DNA from: Sphyrna mokarran
Lineage: Eukaryota
Assembly: GCA_024679065.1 (NCBI GenBank)
Contig: JAGIQG010000002.1
Span: forward strand, 116,622,001-116,686,000
Direction of reading: 5' to 3'
Length of the DNA: 64,000 nt
Shown: positions 48,175 through 61,190 of the stretch, piece by piece
Layout of the letters: each line of letters begins with the position of its first letter
How positions within the stretch are numbered: position 1 is the stretch's first letter
Program-made: the position numbers and the translations under genes
Notes under the pieces: model-generated
The model's input: only the letters and a program-made list of their open reading frames with translations
Database searches by the model: none
What the model was told of the DNA's origin: nothing

Positions 48175-50307
48175 TACTGCAGGGCAAGAATTATAGCTGG
48201 GGGAAAAGAAATTATGATGTGATTAGATGAGATTTAGGATGCATAGGATGTGGAAGGAAACTGCAGGGTATGGGCACAATTGAAATGTGGAGCTTCTGCA
48301 ACGAACTGTCCTTGATAAGTATGTACCTTTCAGGCAGGGAGAAAGTGGCCGAACGAGGGAACCATGGCATACTAAATAAGTTGAATCTCTTGCGAAGAGG
48401 AAAAAGGAGACTTGTGAGACATGAAGGCTCAGTTAGGGCTTTTGAGAGTTACAAGTTAACCAGAAAGGACCTAAAAAGAGAGCTAAGAAAAGCCCGAAAG
48501 AGACATGAGAAGTCTTTTGCAGGTAGGATCAAGGAAAACCCTAAAGCTTTCTAAAGATATGTCAGGAATAAAAGAATGACTAGGGTAAGATTAGGGCCAG
48601 TCAAAGACAGTATTGGAAAGTTGTGTTTGGAGTCTGAAGAAATAGGAGAGGCGCTAAATGAATATTTTTCATCAACATTCACACAGCAAAAAGATAATGT
48701 TATCGAGGAGAATACTGAGATACAGGCTATTAGACTATTTGGGGTTGAGGTTCATAAGGAGGAAGTGTTAGCAATTGTGGAAAGTATGAACATAGATAAG
48801 TCCCCTGGACCGGATGGGATTTATCCTAGGATTCTCTGGGAGACTAGGGAGAAGATTGCAGAGCCTTTGGCTTTATCTTTAGGTCATCATTGTCTACAGG
48901 AATAGTTCCAGAAGACTGGAGGATAGCAAATATTGTCCCCTTGTTCAAGAAGAGGAATAGAGACCATCCTGGTAATTATAGACCAGCGAGCCTTACTTCT
49001 GTTGTGGGCAAAGTTTTGGAAAGGATTAAAAGAAAGGATTTATAATCATTTGGAAAGACAATTTGATTAGGGATAGTCAACATGGTTTTGTGAAGAGTAG
49101 GTCGTGCCTCACAAACCTTATCAAGTTCTTTGAGAACTGACCAAAGAGGTGGGTGAGGGTAAAGCAGTTGATGTGGTGTATATAGATTTCAATAAAGCAC
49201 TTGATAAGGTTCCCTATGGTAAACTATTGCAAAAGATATGGAAGCATAGGATTGAGGGTGATTTAGCAGTTTGGATCAGAAATTGGCTAGCTGTAAGAAG
49301 ACAGAGGATTGTGGTTGATGGGAAATGTTCAACCTGGAGTTCAGTTACTAGTGGTGTACTGCAAGATGTGTTTTGGTGCCACTGCTGTTTGTTACTTTTA
49401 TAAATGACCTAGATGAGGTGTAGAAGGATGGATTAATAAATTTGCGATGACACGAAAGTTGGTGGAGTTGTGGACAGTGCGGAAGGATCTTGCAGGTTAC
49501 AGAGGGACATAGATAAGCTGCAGAGCTGAGCTGAGAGATGGCAAATGGAGTTTAATGCAGAAAAGTATGAGGTGATTCACTTTGGAAGGAGTAACAGGAA
49601 TACTCTAATGGTAAGTTACTTGGTAGTGTGGATGAGCAGAGAGATCTCGGTGTCCGTTTGCATAGATCCCTGAAATTTGGCACCAGGTTGATAAGGTTGT
49701 TAAGAAGACATATGGTATGTTAGCTTTCATTGGTAGAGAGATTGAGTTTCAGAGCAATGAGGTCATGTTGCAGCTGTACAAAACTCTGGTGCGGCCGCGC
49801 TTGGAGTATTGCGCACAGTTCTGGTCACTGCATTAAAGGAACGATGTGAAAACATTGGAAAGGGTGCAGAGGAGATTTACCAGGATGTTGCCTGGTTTGA
49901 AGGGAAGGTCTTATGAGGAAAAGCTGAGGGATCTGAGGCTGTTTTCATTGGTGAAGAGGTGACTTAATAGAGACATACAAGATCGTTAGAGGATTAGATA
50001 GGGTGGACTGTGAGAGCCTTTTTCCTCAGATGGAGATGGCTAGCACGAGCGGACATAGCTTTTAATGGAGGGGTGATAGATATAGGACAGATGTCAGAGA
50101 TAGATTCTTTATTAGTAGTAAGTGGAATGGCCTGCCTGCAACAGTAGTGGACTCACAAACATGAAGGGCATTTTAAATGGTCATTGAATAAACATATGGA
50201 TGATATTGGAATAGTTTAGGTTAGATGGGCTTCAGATTGGTTTCACAAGTCGGTGCAACATCAAGGGTCAAAGGGCTTGTACTGTGCTGTAATGTTCTAT
50301 GTTCTAT
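48175..50307 (+). mobile_element. CR1/HER1 LINE, ~2.1 kb 3' part, SCGN intron 2
   Basis: IKENPKAF, DKSPGPDGIYPRIL, VDVVYIDFNKALDKV; tail aatgttctatgttcta. Confidence 0.93.
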
Positions 50308-50863
50308 TTTTAAACTATCTACCTTTGTATCAATATTCCCATGTGCCTAGGCTTAATAATGACATGTTTAACCAATCCATTATGAATGATTTGTGCCTTT
50401 ATATCATAATAACAACATGAGACTAACCAGGTGGAACTACTAAATTAGACAATTTGTTAAATGTTAGTGATTATTAAGAACACTTCAAATATTTTGAGTG
50501 GGGGGAAGGATTTTTATTGATTATCAGCCATTATTAAAAGCAATACTTGTTAATTTAAGAGTGCATTTTGAAATCTGTGCAATTGTGTCAGAATTTATTG
50601 AAGCTCAAATGCAGCTAATACTTGGGTGATACAGGGCATTTTGGTTTGTCTGTCAAGATGCCAATGCCAAAGGGGCACCTCTCCCCATGCCTTACCCTCT
50701 AGGGGGAGGCCTTGATTGCCCCTCCTTCACTCCAGCAGAGTCGGGCCACCAGATTTCCACAAGTGGGAAGCTACTGTAAACCCTGCTGAAGTGAATGACT
50801 CATGTGTTTGTGAGGAGTGTGGGGGTTGGGGGGAGGTTAGTGGGCTCAGAGACTTCAGTCCCA

Positions 50864-51150
50864 GGCAGCACAGTCACACAGTGACTAGCTCTGCTGCCTC
50901 TCAGGGACCTGGATTTGATTCCTTGCTTGAGTCACTGTCTGTGTAGAGTTTGCACATTCTCCCCTTGTCTGCAGGGGTTTTCTCCAGGTGCTCTGGTTTC
51001 CTCCCACACCTGAAAGATACGCTAATTAGGTACATTGACCAATTCTCCTAATGTACCCAAACAGGCACTGGAATGTGGCAAGCTGGGGATTTTCACAGTA
51101 ACTTCATTGCAGTGTTAATGTAAGCTTACTTGTGACACTAATAAATAAAC
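50864..51150 (+). mobile_element. V-SINE with AATA-type tail
   Basis: Same structure and tail as 7815-8112. Confidence 0.85.
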
Positions 51151-52771
51151 AAATGCTATTCAAAATACTGATAATAAGAAACTGCATACATTTCTGATTT
51201 CCAGTGCAGAATTGACAGTGTTGGAAATCCAGAGCTGGGAAACATGCTCAGATCTGGAAGCCCAGTACAGCTGGCACGAATCTGCTAAAGTCCGCTGGCC
51301 ATTGCACGAAAAAAACAGCACAGTGGGATGAGAGAATCACCCCCCATTGATGTTGGGCAGATTTTCAACATTTGAGTGCAAAGAATGGAGCAAATGTAAT
51401 CTGGCCTCTGGAGGATTAAAATTTCAAGAAACTGGGAGCAATAAATAACGAAATTTTATCGGTTTTTGAGGCATACTGAAATTCAGAAAAAATCAAATAT
51501 GGAGTTTGTAGAAATGAGCGCTTCCAATCCAAAACGTAATGCTGTATAAAAGCAATAGCCTGTGCACCATTGATGGTGAATCTTTCTGTTGAATTTGTTC
51601 TGTTACGAAGTCATTAGTTCAATTTTTTGGTTTTAAGACCAGAAGCTTTTTTGTGTAGGAGAATAATTTAATTTCAAATGCTGATGTCAATTCGGAATTG
51701 CTTTATTTGTTAGTGCGTGGAACAAAAGCCTGACATTGACTGTGGAATTTGTTTAATGTATGAAACTCAGTGTTTGAAGGAGATTTAGATTTAGGCAGTG
51801 GGTAGTGTGGTGATTTCAAGGTGAAATTGTCATGGAATATCAGGGTGACCTATTAGTGAAGTGTACTAAGTTGTCATGGGGTAAATGCTAGAATTCAATG
51901 TTAAGCAGGTAGTTACAGGACATTAAAAAGATCAAAATATAATCAGGCTAAGTCAACAAGGCTTTATCAAAGGGAAATTGTGTTTGCCAAATTTATTAGT
52001 TGTTTAAAGATATAGTAAGCAGAGTGGATAAAAGGGAACCAGTAGATATAGTGTATTTAGATTTCTAAAAAGGCATTTGAAGAGATACCAATGTCAAAGG
52101 TTAATGCTCGAGGCAAGAGCACATGGTGCTGGAAGTGATGTATTAATATGGACAGAGGATTAGCTAACTGACGGGGAATAGAGTTGGGAGAAATGAATCA
52201 TTTTCAACATGACAAAGTGTAACTGTCAGCGTGCCATTGGTCTCAACTATTTGCATCTATATTAAAGACTTGAATGAAGGGACACATTATTATAGGCAAA
52301 TTTTCTGATGTTACAAACAGAAGAAGGAATGCAAGTTGTGAGGAGGCTAAAACAGTCTGCAGAGGGATATGGATAGTTTATGTGACTGGGGAAAATGGCA
52401 TATGGAGTATAATGTAGGAAAATTGAGATTATCCACTTTGGCAGGAAGGATAGAAATCAGAGTATTGTGATAAGAGACTGCAGAGGATCTGGGTGTTCTT
52501 ATACACGAATCATGTTGGTACAGCAAGAAATTAGGATGGGAAATGGAATGCTGACTTTACCTCACAGGGGATAGAACATAAAAGCAGGAAAGTCTTGCCA
52601 TATCTATACATGGTATTAGTGAGACTGCATCTGGAGTATAGGAGTGATATAGTTACATTGGAAATAGTTCAGAGGACATTCATTAAACTGCTTTCTGGGA
52701 TGAAGGGGGTCTCGGATGAGGAAAGATTGAACAAAATCTTTCACAAACAAACAAAGATTGAACAAATCTTT

Positions 52772-53357
52772 GCCGCAGCATCATGTTGCAACTGTACAAA
52801 ACTCTAGTGCGGCCGCACTTGGAGTATTGTGTGCAGTTCTGGTCCCCACATTATAAGAAAGATGTGGAGGCATTGGAGAGGGTACAGAGAGGTTTACCAG
52901 GATGTTGCCTGGTATGGAGGGCAGGTCCTATGAAGAGAGGTTGAAGGATTTGAGGTTGTTTTCGTTAGAAAGGAGGCGGCTAAGCGGGGATCTTATTGAA
53001 GCATATAAGATGATTAGAGGTTTAGATAGGGTGGACAGTGATAGCCTTTTTCCTAGGATGGATAAAGCTAGCACGAGGGGACACAGCTTTAAATTAAGGG
53101 GTATGAGTTATAGGACGGATATCAGAGGTAGGTTCTTTACTCAAAGAGTGATTAGGGAGTGGAATGCCCTGCCTGCAGCTGTTGTAGATGCGCCAAGTTT
53201 TGTGGCGTTTAAGAGGTTAATTGATAAGTATATGGAAGAGAAGGGAATGGTTTAGTTTGGAGGGGCATTGCCTTTTATTTTGGTCGGCACAACATCGAAG
53301 GCCGAAGGGCCTGTTCTGTGCTGTATTGTTCTATGTTCTATGTTCTATGTTCTATGT
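52772..53357 (+). mobile_element. Young CR1/HER1 3' fragment
   Basis: Nearly identical to 37013-37582; tail (tgttcta)x4. Confidence 0.95.
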
Positions 53358-53456
53358 TAAAATGGGCCTGTTTGAAATTTAAAAGAATGAGGGGTGATCT
53401 CACTGAAACTCAGAAAACCCTGAGAAGGTTTGACAGGGTAAATGCTGGGAGGATGT

Positions 53457-53890
53457 CAAAGGCAAATTATTGTGGATGCTGGAATCTGAAACCAAATGGG
53501 AAAATGTTGGAAAATCTTAGCAGCTCTGGCAGCATCTGTAAGGAGAGAAAAGAGCTGATGTTTGGAGTCCTGACGACCCTTTGTTAAAGCTAAAAAGGAT
53601 AGAAAGTGGGAGATATTTACGTTGTAGAATGAGGGAATGAAAGATTATCCATAACCACAAAAACAAGGGGAAAGACTGCTAATGGCAGCCTATAGAGAGA
53701 ATAGGAGATGTGAAAGTTCAAACAACAGAAAAGCTGAAATAAGAGGGTAAGGTGTAACAGATGAAGATGTGGGGAAGGGGAAAGATGGGTTAAAGAGAGG
53801 TAAAACAGAAAAAAAGGAAAGCAAGTGGAGGAAGTGTAAGAAAAGGGGAAAGAATGGGGGGGGGGAAGGAAACTAAAGAGAGACAATGAA
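53457..53890 (-). mobile_element. Family B longer pLTR fragment (tail, arm, hammerhead remnant, purine-rich body)
   Basis: Same tail and arm as family B. - strand gctttaacaaagggtcgtcaggactccaaacatcagctc is a hammerhead-like remnant, followed by ~300 bp of A/G-rich sequence. Interrupts an old CR1. Confidence 0.6.
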
Positions 53891-54506
53891 GAAATGTTCT
53901 CTACCTTGCACTTATAATTTTTGATCAAGAAGTAAGGTAAAGGTTTGAGGAGCAGGAAGGAAATTAGAATTAAGGTCTTGATTGGATTAACCATGATCTC
54001 ATTGAGTGGTGGATAAGACTTGCCAGGATGATTGACCTACCTCTGCTTATACTCCTTATGATCTGATGAGGTTTGGAGAGTCTAAATGGGTGACAAAGCG
54101 AGAGGCTGAGTGACTAGCATGAGAAGCTCTTTAGCTCCTTAGGATAGATCACTCATTCTGGACAGTTTTTGTGAAAATGCATGTTAATTATGGTGAAAGG
54201 AGTTTTGCCCTGGTTAATTTCAGGTTTGGAACAGGATTTATTTGCTATCAACGGCCAGGAGTAGTGTTATTGAGTATGCAGTACCATGGAGAGTTTCACT
54301 GGTTAATTTTAGCAAATGGGAAATGATGGGCATTGTCTGTGCCCTTAATATTTGATGTTGGAGGATAAAACATCCCAAATTTGATGAATCTGGTCAAAAG
54401 TATCAGTATTACTCTGCATTTGACCTGAGTGATGTTCAGTCTAGTCAGATGTATGTTAAATCCTAACTTCACTGTAACATCTCTCAGTGATGCTTTATAT
54501 TAACTT

Positions 54507-54796
54507 ATAGAACATAAAACATTACAGCGCAGAACAGACCCTTCAGCCTTCGATGTTGCGCCGACCAATTAGGAAAAAGCAATGACCCACTAACCTAAAC
54601 CATTCCCTTTTCGTCCATAAGCTTATCTACTAACCTCTTAAACTTGGCGCATCTACAACTGCCACAGGCAGGGCATTCCATACCCTAACCACCCTCTGGG
54701 TAAAGAACCTACCTCTGATATCCGTCCTGTAACTACCACCCCTTAATTTAAAGCTATGTCCCCTCGTGCTAGCTTTCTCCATCCTAGGAAAAAGGC
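54507..54796 (-). mobile_element. Young CR1/HER1 3' fragment
   Basis: LFPRMEKASTRGHSFKLRGGSYRTDIRGRFFTQRVV on the - strand; reverse tail tagaacataaaacatta. Confidence 0.9.
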
Positions 54797-55059
54797 CTTC
54801 TTTACGCGATAGACCATGTTTTAACAATGAACTGAGACCGCCGACATTGATTTGCTTTCGTGTCAATGTCTAACATGCAGAACAAGGCCTTCATTGATCA
54901 ATTAGTATACATTCCTTCCAATTTATTCTACTGGGAAGAGCTGAGTAAGGAAATGGGTAAGGAAATTCAAGAATTATTCTGTTACCTCTCTTAGGATGGT
55001 TTAAATATTCAGGTCAGAGAGGAATTTTCTCGAATCGTTTTTGCCTTATTGATCCTTTC

Positions 55060-56790
55060 AAAGAACAAAGAACAAAACAGTACGGGAAAGAGGCCCTTCA
55101 GCCCAACGAGCCCGTGCCGCCACCCCGAAGTTCCCACCTCTACCCGTGGTCCCTGTCTATGTTTATAGATCAATGGATTGAAACCAAATTTGAGACAATT
55201 TAGGGAGAATTTGTTCTGCCAATTAGTCTAAGAGCACATCTTTGGGATGTGGGAGGAAACCGGAGCACCCGGAGAAAACCCACGCAAGCACGGGGAGAAT
55301 GCGCAAATTCCCACAGACGCAGCCCCAAATCCATGTATCTGCACAGCACAGTGATAGTCACTGAGCTGTCGTGTTGCCCATCAAATGGTCCAGATCAAGT
55401 GTACACTAACGACGTGAAGCACTAAGATACTCTCGAAAAATCCAAGAGCAGCCCTCTCACGACCCATTGTGTGTATGCCCCTTGTTAGACAACAATGCAG
55501 ACCAAAGCACCTGTAGGATAAAAAGAAGTACATCAATATCATCGTCTATTTACACACTTCCCAGGAACTCTCAAGGCTCATGATCTCTATTTTAAATCAG
55601 TTTTCTATACCCCTCCATTCCCATTCTGTTCATGTGCCCATCTAAGTATTTCTTAAATAACTCCAGAGTGCCTGCCTCCACCACTTTACTTGGCAGCGCA
55701 TTCCATACCCCCACACACCCTCTGTGTGAAAAAAAACTCCCTCTAGCATCCAAATTATACCTTACCCCCCTCACCCTAAGCCCGTGACCCCTCGTGGTAT
55801 TTGAGTCCATCCTAGGAAAAAGCTTAACCTTATTTACTCTATCTATACCCCTCATAATCTTGTACACCTCTGTTAGATCTCCTCTAAGTCTACGTCTTTC
55901 TAAAGAAAACAGCCCCAATTTGCCTAACCTCTCCTCGTAACTCAGACCTTCCATACCAGGCAGCAGCCTGGTAAATCTCCTCTGCACTTTCTCCAGAGTC
56001 TCCACGTCCTTCTGGTAGTAAGGTGACCAGAACTGGACACAGTATTCCAAATGAGGTCTAACCAACGTTTTATACAACTGCAACATTAAAGGCCAGCTCT
56101 TGTACTCTACACCCTTTCCTATAAAGGCTAACATACCATATGCTTTCTTCACAATCTTTTCCACCTGCTCTGCCACCTTCAGAGACTTATGCACCTGCAC
56201 CCCCAGGCCCCTCTGCGGTTCTATACTCTTAATAGGTCTACCCTTTATCATATACCTCCTCCCTACATTCTTTCTCCCGAAATGCATCACCTCGCATTTA
56301 TCAGGATTGAATTCCATTTGCCATCTATCTGCTCAAGCTACCAGCCTATCTATGTCCTGCTGCATCGCCTGACAATGCTCCTCACTATCCGCAAGTCCAG
56401 CCATCTTTGTATCATCTGCAAACTTGCTGATCACTCCACTTATTCCCTCTTCCAAGTCATTTATATATATTACAAATAGAAGAAGTCATTTATATATATT
56501 ACAAATAGAAGAAGTCATTTATATATATTACAAATAGAAGAGGTCCCAGTACCGAGCCCTGAGGCACAACACTAGTGACCAACCTCCAGCTAGAAAAACA
56601 CGCTTCCACTATTACTCTCTGTCTCCTATTACTAAGCCAGTTACTTATCCATCTAGCTACCTGTCCTTGTATCCCATTAGCCTTTACCTTTTCGACTAAC
56701 CGCCCATGAGGGACTTTATCAAACATCTTACTAAAATCCATATAGACAACATCAATGGCTCGCTCTTCGTCGACCGTTTTTGTCACCTTT
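55060..56790 (-). mobile_element. Second young CR1 subfamily 3' fragment, with a V-SINE-like segment downstream of the stop
   Basis: ORF2 pieces 56499-56786 and 55592-56317. 55060-55380 carries the V-SINE core (ttctccccgtgcttgcgtgggttttctccgggtgctccggtttcctccca) and tail tgttctttgttcttt. Confidence 0.85.
56454..56540. repeat. Perfect 29-bp x3 tandem repeat inside a CR1 RT
   Basis: aagtcatttatatatattacaaatagaag x3. Confidence 0.95.
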
Positions 56791-57271
56791 CTTTTATCTC
56801 TCTAGGAAAAATATGGTAGTGATGGAGAAGGGAGAAGGGGGAAAAGTTCAGGGAAAATGGTTCCATAGGAACCACCCATTGTAAGTGTGCAGCAGGTTTG
56901 ATGGGACCAACTGTTAATTCCTTCCCTGTGGTGGTACTGGTTACAGCTAGGTCAAACCCAGTCGGCAGAGTGACTTAACATTAACCAAAGAGACGTTACT
57001 GCCTTGAATTTAATGATTCTTGAAGCTTTCTCTCCCTTAGTAGGTTTATGTAAAAGTTTTTTTAATAAGTTAATGCCTTCACAGAGAAAATGAAGAGCAG
57101 AATTTCAGCCAACTACTACTACCCTTTCATTATAATACCATCCTTGCCTTCATGAAATCCGACAAAATAGTGGCAAAGCTTACATTTTGGTTTCAGTTCG
57201 TCGAACAAAAATACGAGCTGAAAGTAACTATTACTAATAAACTTGTGGTAAAGCAAATGTATACAAACCAC

Positions 57272-57325
57272 GACACATCAATGAGAGCATAAATGTTTGA
57301 CACATCAATGAGAGCATAAATGTTT
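57272..57325. repeat. 27-bp tandem duplication
   Basis: gacacatcaatgagagcataaatgttt x2. Confidence 0.95.
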
Positions 57326-58894
57326 GTATACATCCACCAATTGAAAATACTATTTATAAGCTTAGTTCCAGTTCAGTGTCTGGCTTCTGTTTGACAAACA
57401 GTTCAAAATTAAAAAGGAGGCATGCCAGATGCTTTATAATTGAAATACTCTGCTATTGTCAGATCTGCCTTGTGTCAATAGATCTGTGTTTTCTTCCACA
57501 TGATTAACCAGACTGCTTCAGGCAAAATTAAATCATGTTATCTGTGCAACTGCATCCACAAAGTTGACCGTCATGTTTTCATGAAGATTTAAATTGCCCC
57601 TTTTTCACTCTTGTATATATCAGAAGGTGCAGAATTCTGCTGAAAATCATAGCAGATAAATACTTTGTCCAAGTGACCATTTCTTTGGGTGTTCTTGTGT
57701 CAGAATGGTGAGTTGCTGTCAAACTATTTCATCAGGGGGTGGGGGAAACCTCAGACAGGTAGGACCTCTGTTTAATGTCCCATTCAAAAGACTCTCTAAA
57801 GTTTCAGATAGATTTTTTATTTGTTCATGGGATGTGGGTGTCACTGTGCCTGGGTCAGCATTTATTGCCCATTCCTGAGGGTGTGTAAGAGTCAATTACA
57901 TTGCTATGGATCTGGAGTCACATGAAGGCTAGACGAGTTAGGATGACAGATTTCCTTCCCTAACAGATATTAGTGAATCCAGATGGGTTTTTACTACGAT
58001 CAACAATGGTTTCATGGTCACGATTAGATTTTTAGTTCCAGATTTTTTATTGAATTCAAATGTCACCATCTGCCATGGTGGGCTTCGAACCCAGGTTATC
58101 TGGTTTTCTGGATTACTAGTCCAGTGACAATACCACTAGGTCACTGCCGCCTCCTTTGTTTGAAGCAAAAATCAAAATAAAGTTACTATTTGTTATTGAA
58201 ATGTCATTGGTCATCATTACAAGTAATTATAATGACATTATTATAAATACAGAGAATACTCCTGTGTCCGTTTATCCCTCAGTTCGTGATACTGCAAATA
58301 AATCAATTGGTCATTGCTCTCACTCACTATTTGTGGGACTTTGTGTTCAAATTGGCAGCTACATTTCCCTGTGTGAGTATGCTGACTATCTTAAAAAATA
58401 ATTGTTTCTGAAAGAGACGACCTGAAAATATACAAAACAAATTGAGACAAATATGATTCTCAGGAAACTTGACAGAGTAGATGCTGAGAAGTTGTTTTCC
58501 CTTTGTGGGAGAATATAGGAGCAGAGTAAGGGGTCATTCATTTAAGACAGAGAAAAGGAGGAATTTCTTCTCAGAGGATTGTGGATCTGTGTAATTTCGA
58601 CCGCAGATGGCCACAGAGGCTGGGTCATTAAGTAGGTTCAGTGCTGAGACAGATTTTTACTCAGTAAGGGAATCAAGGGTTATGGGGATAAGGCAGGAAA
58701 GTGGAATTGAGGATTATCGCATCAGATCACGCATGATCTCATTGAATGGTGGAGCAGACTTGATGGGACAAATGTCCTACTTATTCTTATGTCTAATAGC
58801 CTCAAATGTAAGCTCCTTCTTTTTAAGATTCTTAATGATTAGCTGCTGTTAACATGATTTGTCAAAATCTGACAATGGACATTGTTTAGTTTAT

Positions 58895-59081
58895 AAAGCA
58901 AAATACTGAGGATGCTGGAAATCTGAAATAAAAACAAAAAATGCTGGAAAAACTCTGCAGGCCTGGCAGCATCTGTGGAGAGAGAAACAGCATTAATGCT
59001 CTGAAGAAGAGTCATATGGACTCTAAACATTTACTGTGTTTTTCTCTTCGCTGATGCTGCCAGACCTGTGTAGATTTTCCA
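58895..59081. mobile_element. Family B foldback mini-element with central hammerhead remnant
   Basis: Tail aaagcaaaatactgaggatgctggaaatctga; centre CTGAAGA-A-GAGTC(atatg)GACTC-TAAAC-ATT at 59001-59031. Confidence 0.8.
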
Positions 59082-61050
59082 TTAGTTAATTAATGTTCCT
59101 TGTTTCACTGGTCATACAGTATTATTGCAGACCTGTTAAATGAAAACAACCATGAAATAAAAGATAGCTACCATGTTCATTTCACAATAGCTTCAGCCTA
59201 ACAACATATACATTCAAGAAAATCATGACAAAAGGAACAATGAGGTAACTGGACTGATCTCACGTGCCTAGCTGGGAGCCAGCCCCAAAGGGAGCATAAG
59301 TCAGAGATACAACAAGAACAGTGCAGCTCCAATTCAATATTCTCACTTTCCAAGCATGGCATTAGAGATGCTAGACTTTCTTGCATGATTACATAAGAAA
59401 AGATAATATATTGTGCTTGTGATAGTTTACAGAGTGAGAGATACAGCTTCCTCTTACAAGACTTGAGTCATAAGCAAAATGAATCCTGACTATCTGCCGT
59501 TATCTGTTTCCTGTACATTCTCTGCAGGGAAGTCTGTAATAGATTTGTAATAGATTTGAAATGCTTGTCATAATTCATGCCAAAAACCATTCATTTCAGA
59601 TCCATTCTAATCCTTTCCAAGTTTTCAGGAAAGTCAGAGTTTGGGATTGGTATTTGATCACACATGTGATCCTATCACGGTAGATTTATAAAATGTATGA
59701 GCAGATGATTAAGTTAATCCTCATGGCTCTAGATTTTACACAATCTGAAGTTTTTGTTGGGAATTTAGACCCAACCTCGTCATGGCACCTGAATTTCCAA
59801 TATTGACAACCATTACGTGCAACTTGGTGCACAGAAGACAAATTTATAGCATCTCACCTTTAATTGAAAAGCAAATTCCCAGCTGGCACATTCAAAACAC
59901 TAGACCTCTTGGCAAATGTGGACCAGACGACAGAAAGAGACTATGCTTTTAGGAGAAACTGATGTTTAACTCAATACAAAAAACATTAAGAATAAGATAT
60001 AATGTGGCTTCAAATACCAATTGAATTATCTTGAAATCTACCACTGCATTTGTATGAGATTTTGCTGTTACATTAGCTGTCATTTATCTTCAACTTAGAC
60101 CATATTAAGTTCTCTGAGAACTATCAGTTAAAATATAATTATATTTCATTTGAGTGTGCTTGCTTTATAACTTAAATATTATATATTTTTAAAATACCAT
60201 CAATCTGTGTCCTCTCCACCAGCTTTTTAGTCAGCGTAATGCACCAATTTCACCATTTCGTTTTAAACAAATGACATTGGCATAATTATGTATGTATGCC
60301 TATATGTTCTATATATGTGTGTAAACATACATATGAAGGTGTGTGCAATTACAAGCACATAGAACAAAGTTGGACCATTCACTTCTATTTATTATTCATT
60401 CATGGAGTGTAGATGTCACTGGACTAGCATTAGTGCCTGGAAATGAGTGGCACTTAGTTCAATGTCACTGAGAACACCTAAAAGTCAACCACATTGCTGT
60501 GGATCTGGAGTCACATGCAGGCCACATCACATAAGGCGGCAGATTTCTTTCCCTCAAGGACACTAGTGAACTAAAGCAGTACGTTGAATCTCTGGATTAC
60601 TAGTCCAATGACAATACCAATACTCCACCCACAATGAATAACCTGCATTCCCAGCTGACATAACTTTGTACCAGGAGTATAAATCCAGAATCTGCATCCC
60701 TCACATAATCCATTAAGTGCCATAGAACTTTAGTAGCTATATATTTTAATCACAAGAACATTTTGTACAATTAAAGTACCTGATTTGGTTCTAATTCTAG
60801 TAGAATTAAAATAAAATCTGTTTCTTAACTGAGATTACGGCAGCATTATTTAAGTTCCAAGTCACACAGGGCAGTAGATAAATCTCTCTGTACTAACACT
60901 GCATGATTGATCCCAGTAGGTCACCATAACCTTTATGGATTTCAGTGCAAACTAACTGCCAGATTCAACTTGATCTCTCCAGAGGCTGCATGAGATTGGC
61001 AAACACAGTTTTCCTCCTTAAAGAACATGAATAAACCTTTTCACAAAATA

Positions 61051-61190
61051 ATGTGGTGATGCCGGCATTGGACTGGGGTTAGCGCAGTAAGAAGTCTCAC
61101 AACACCTGGTTAAAGTTCTGACTCACCTGATAAAAGGGTGCTTCAAAAGCTCGTGTTGGACTTTAACCTGATGTTGTGAGACTTCTTGCT
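61051..61190. mobile_element. Family A foldback element with one central decayed hammerhead
   Basis: Tail atgtggtgatgccggcattggactggggtt; arms agtaagaagtctcacaacacc.../...gttgtgagacttcttgct; centre ctcacctgataaaagggtgcttcaaaagctcgtg. Confidence 0.8.

Larger units (their letters stand above)
51860..54065 (+). mobile_element. Old CR1 fragment hosting a young CR1 and a family B element
   Basis: Degenerate RT motifs at 51950-52730, resuming at 53358 (KRMRGDLTE) and ~53890. Confidence 0.75.
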
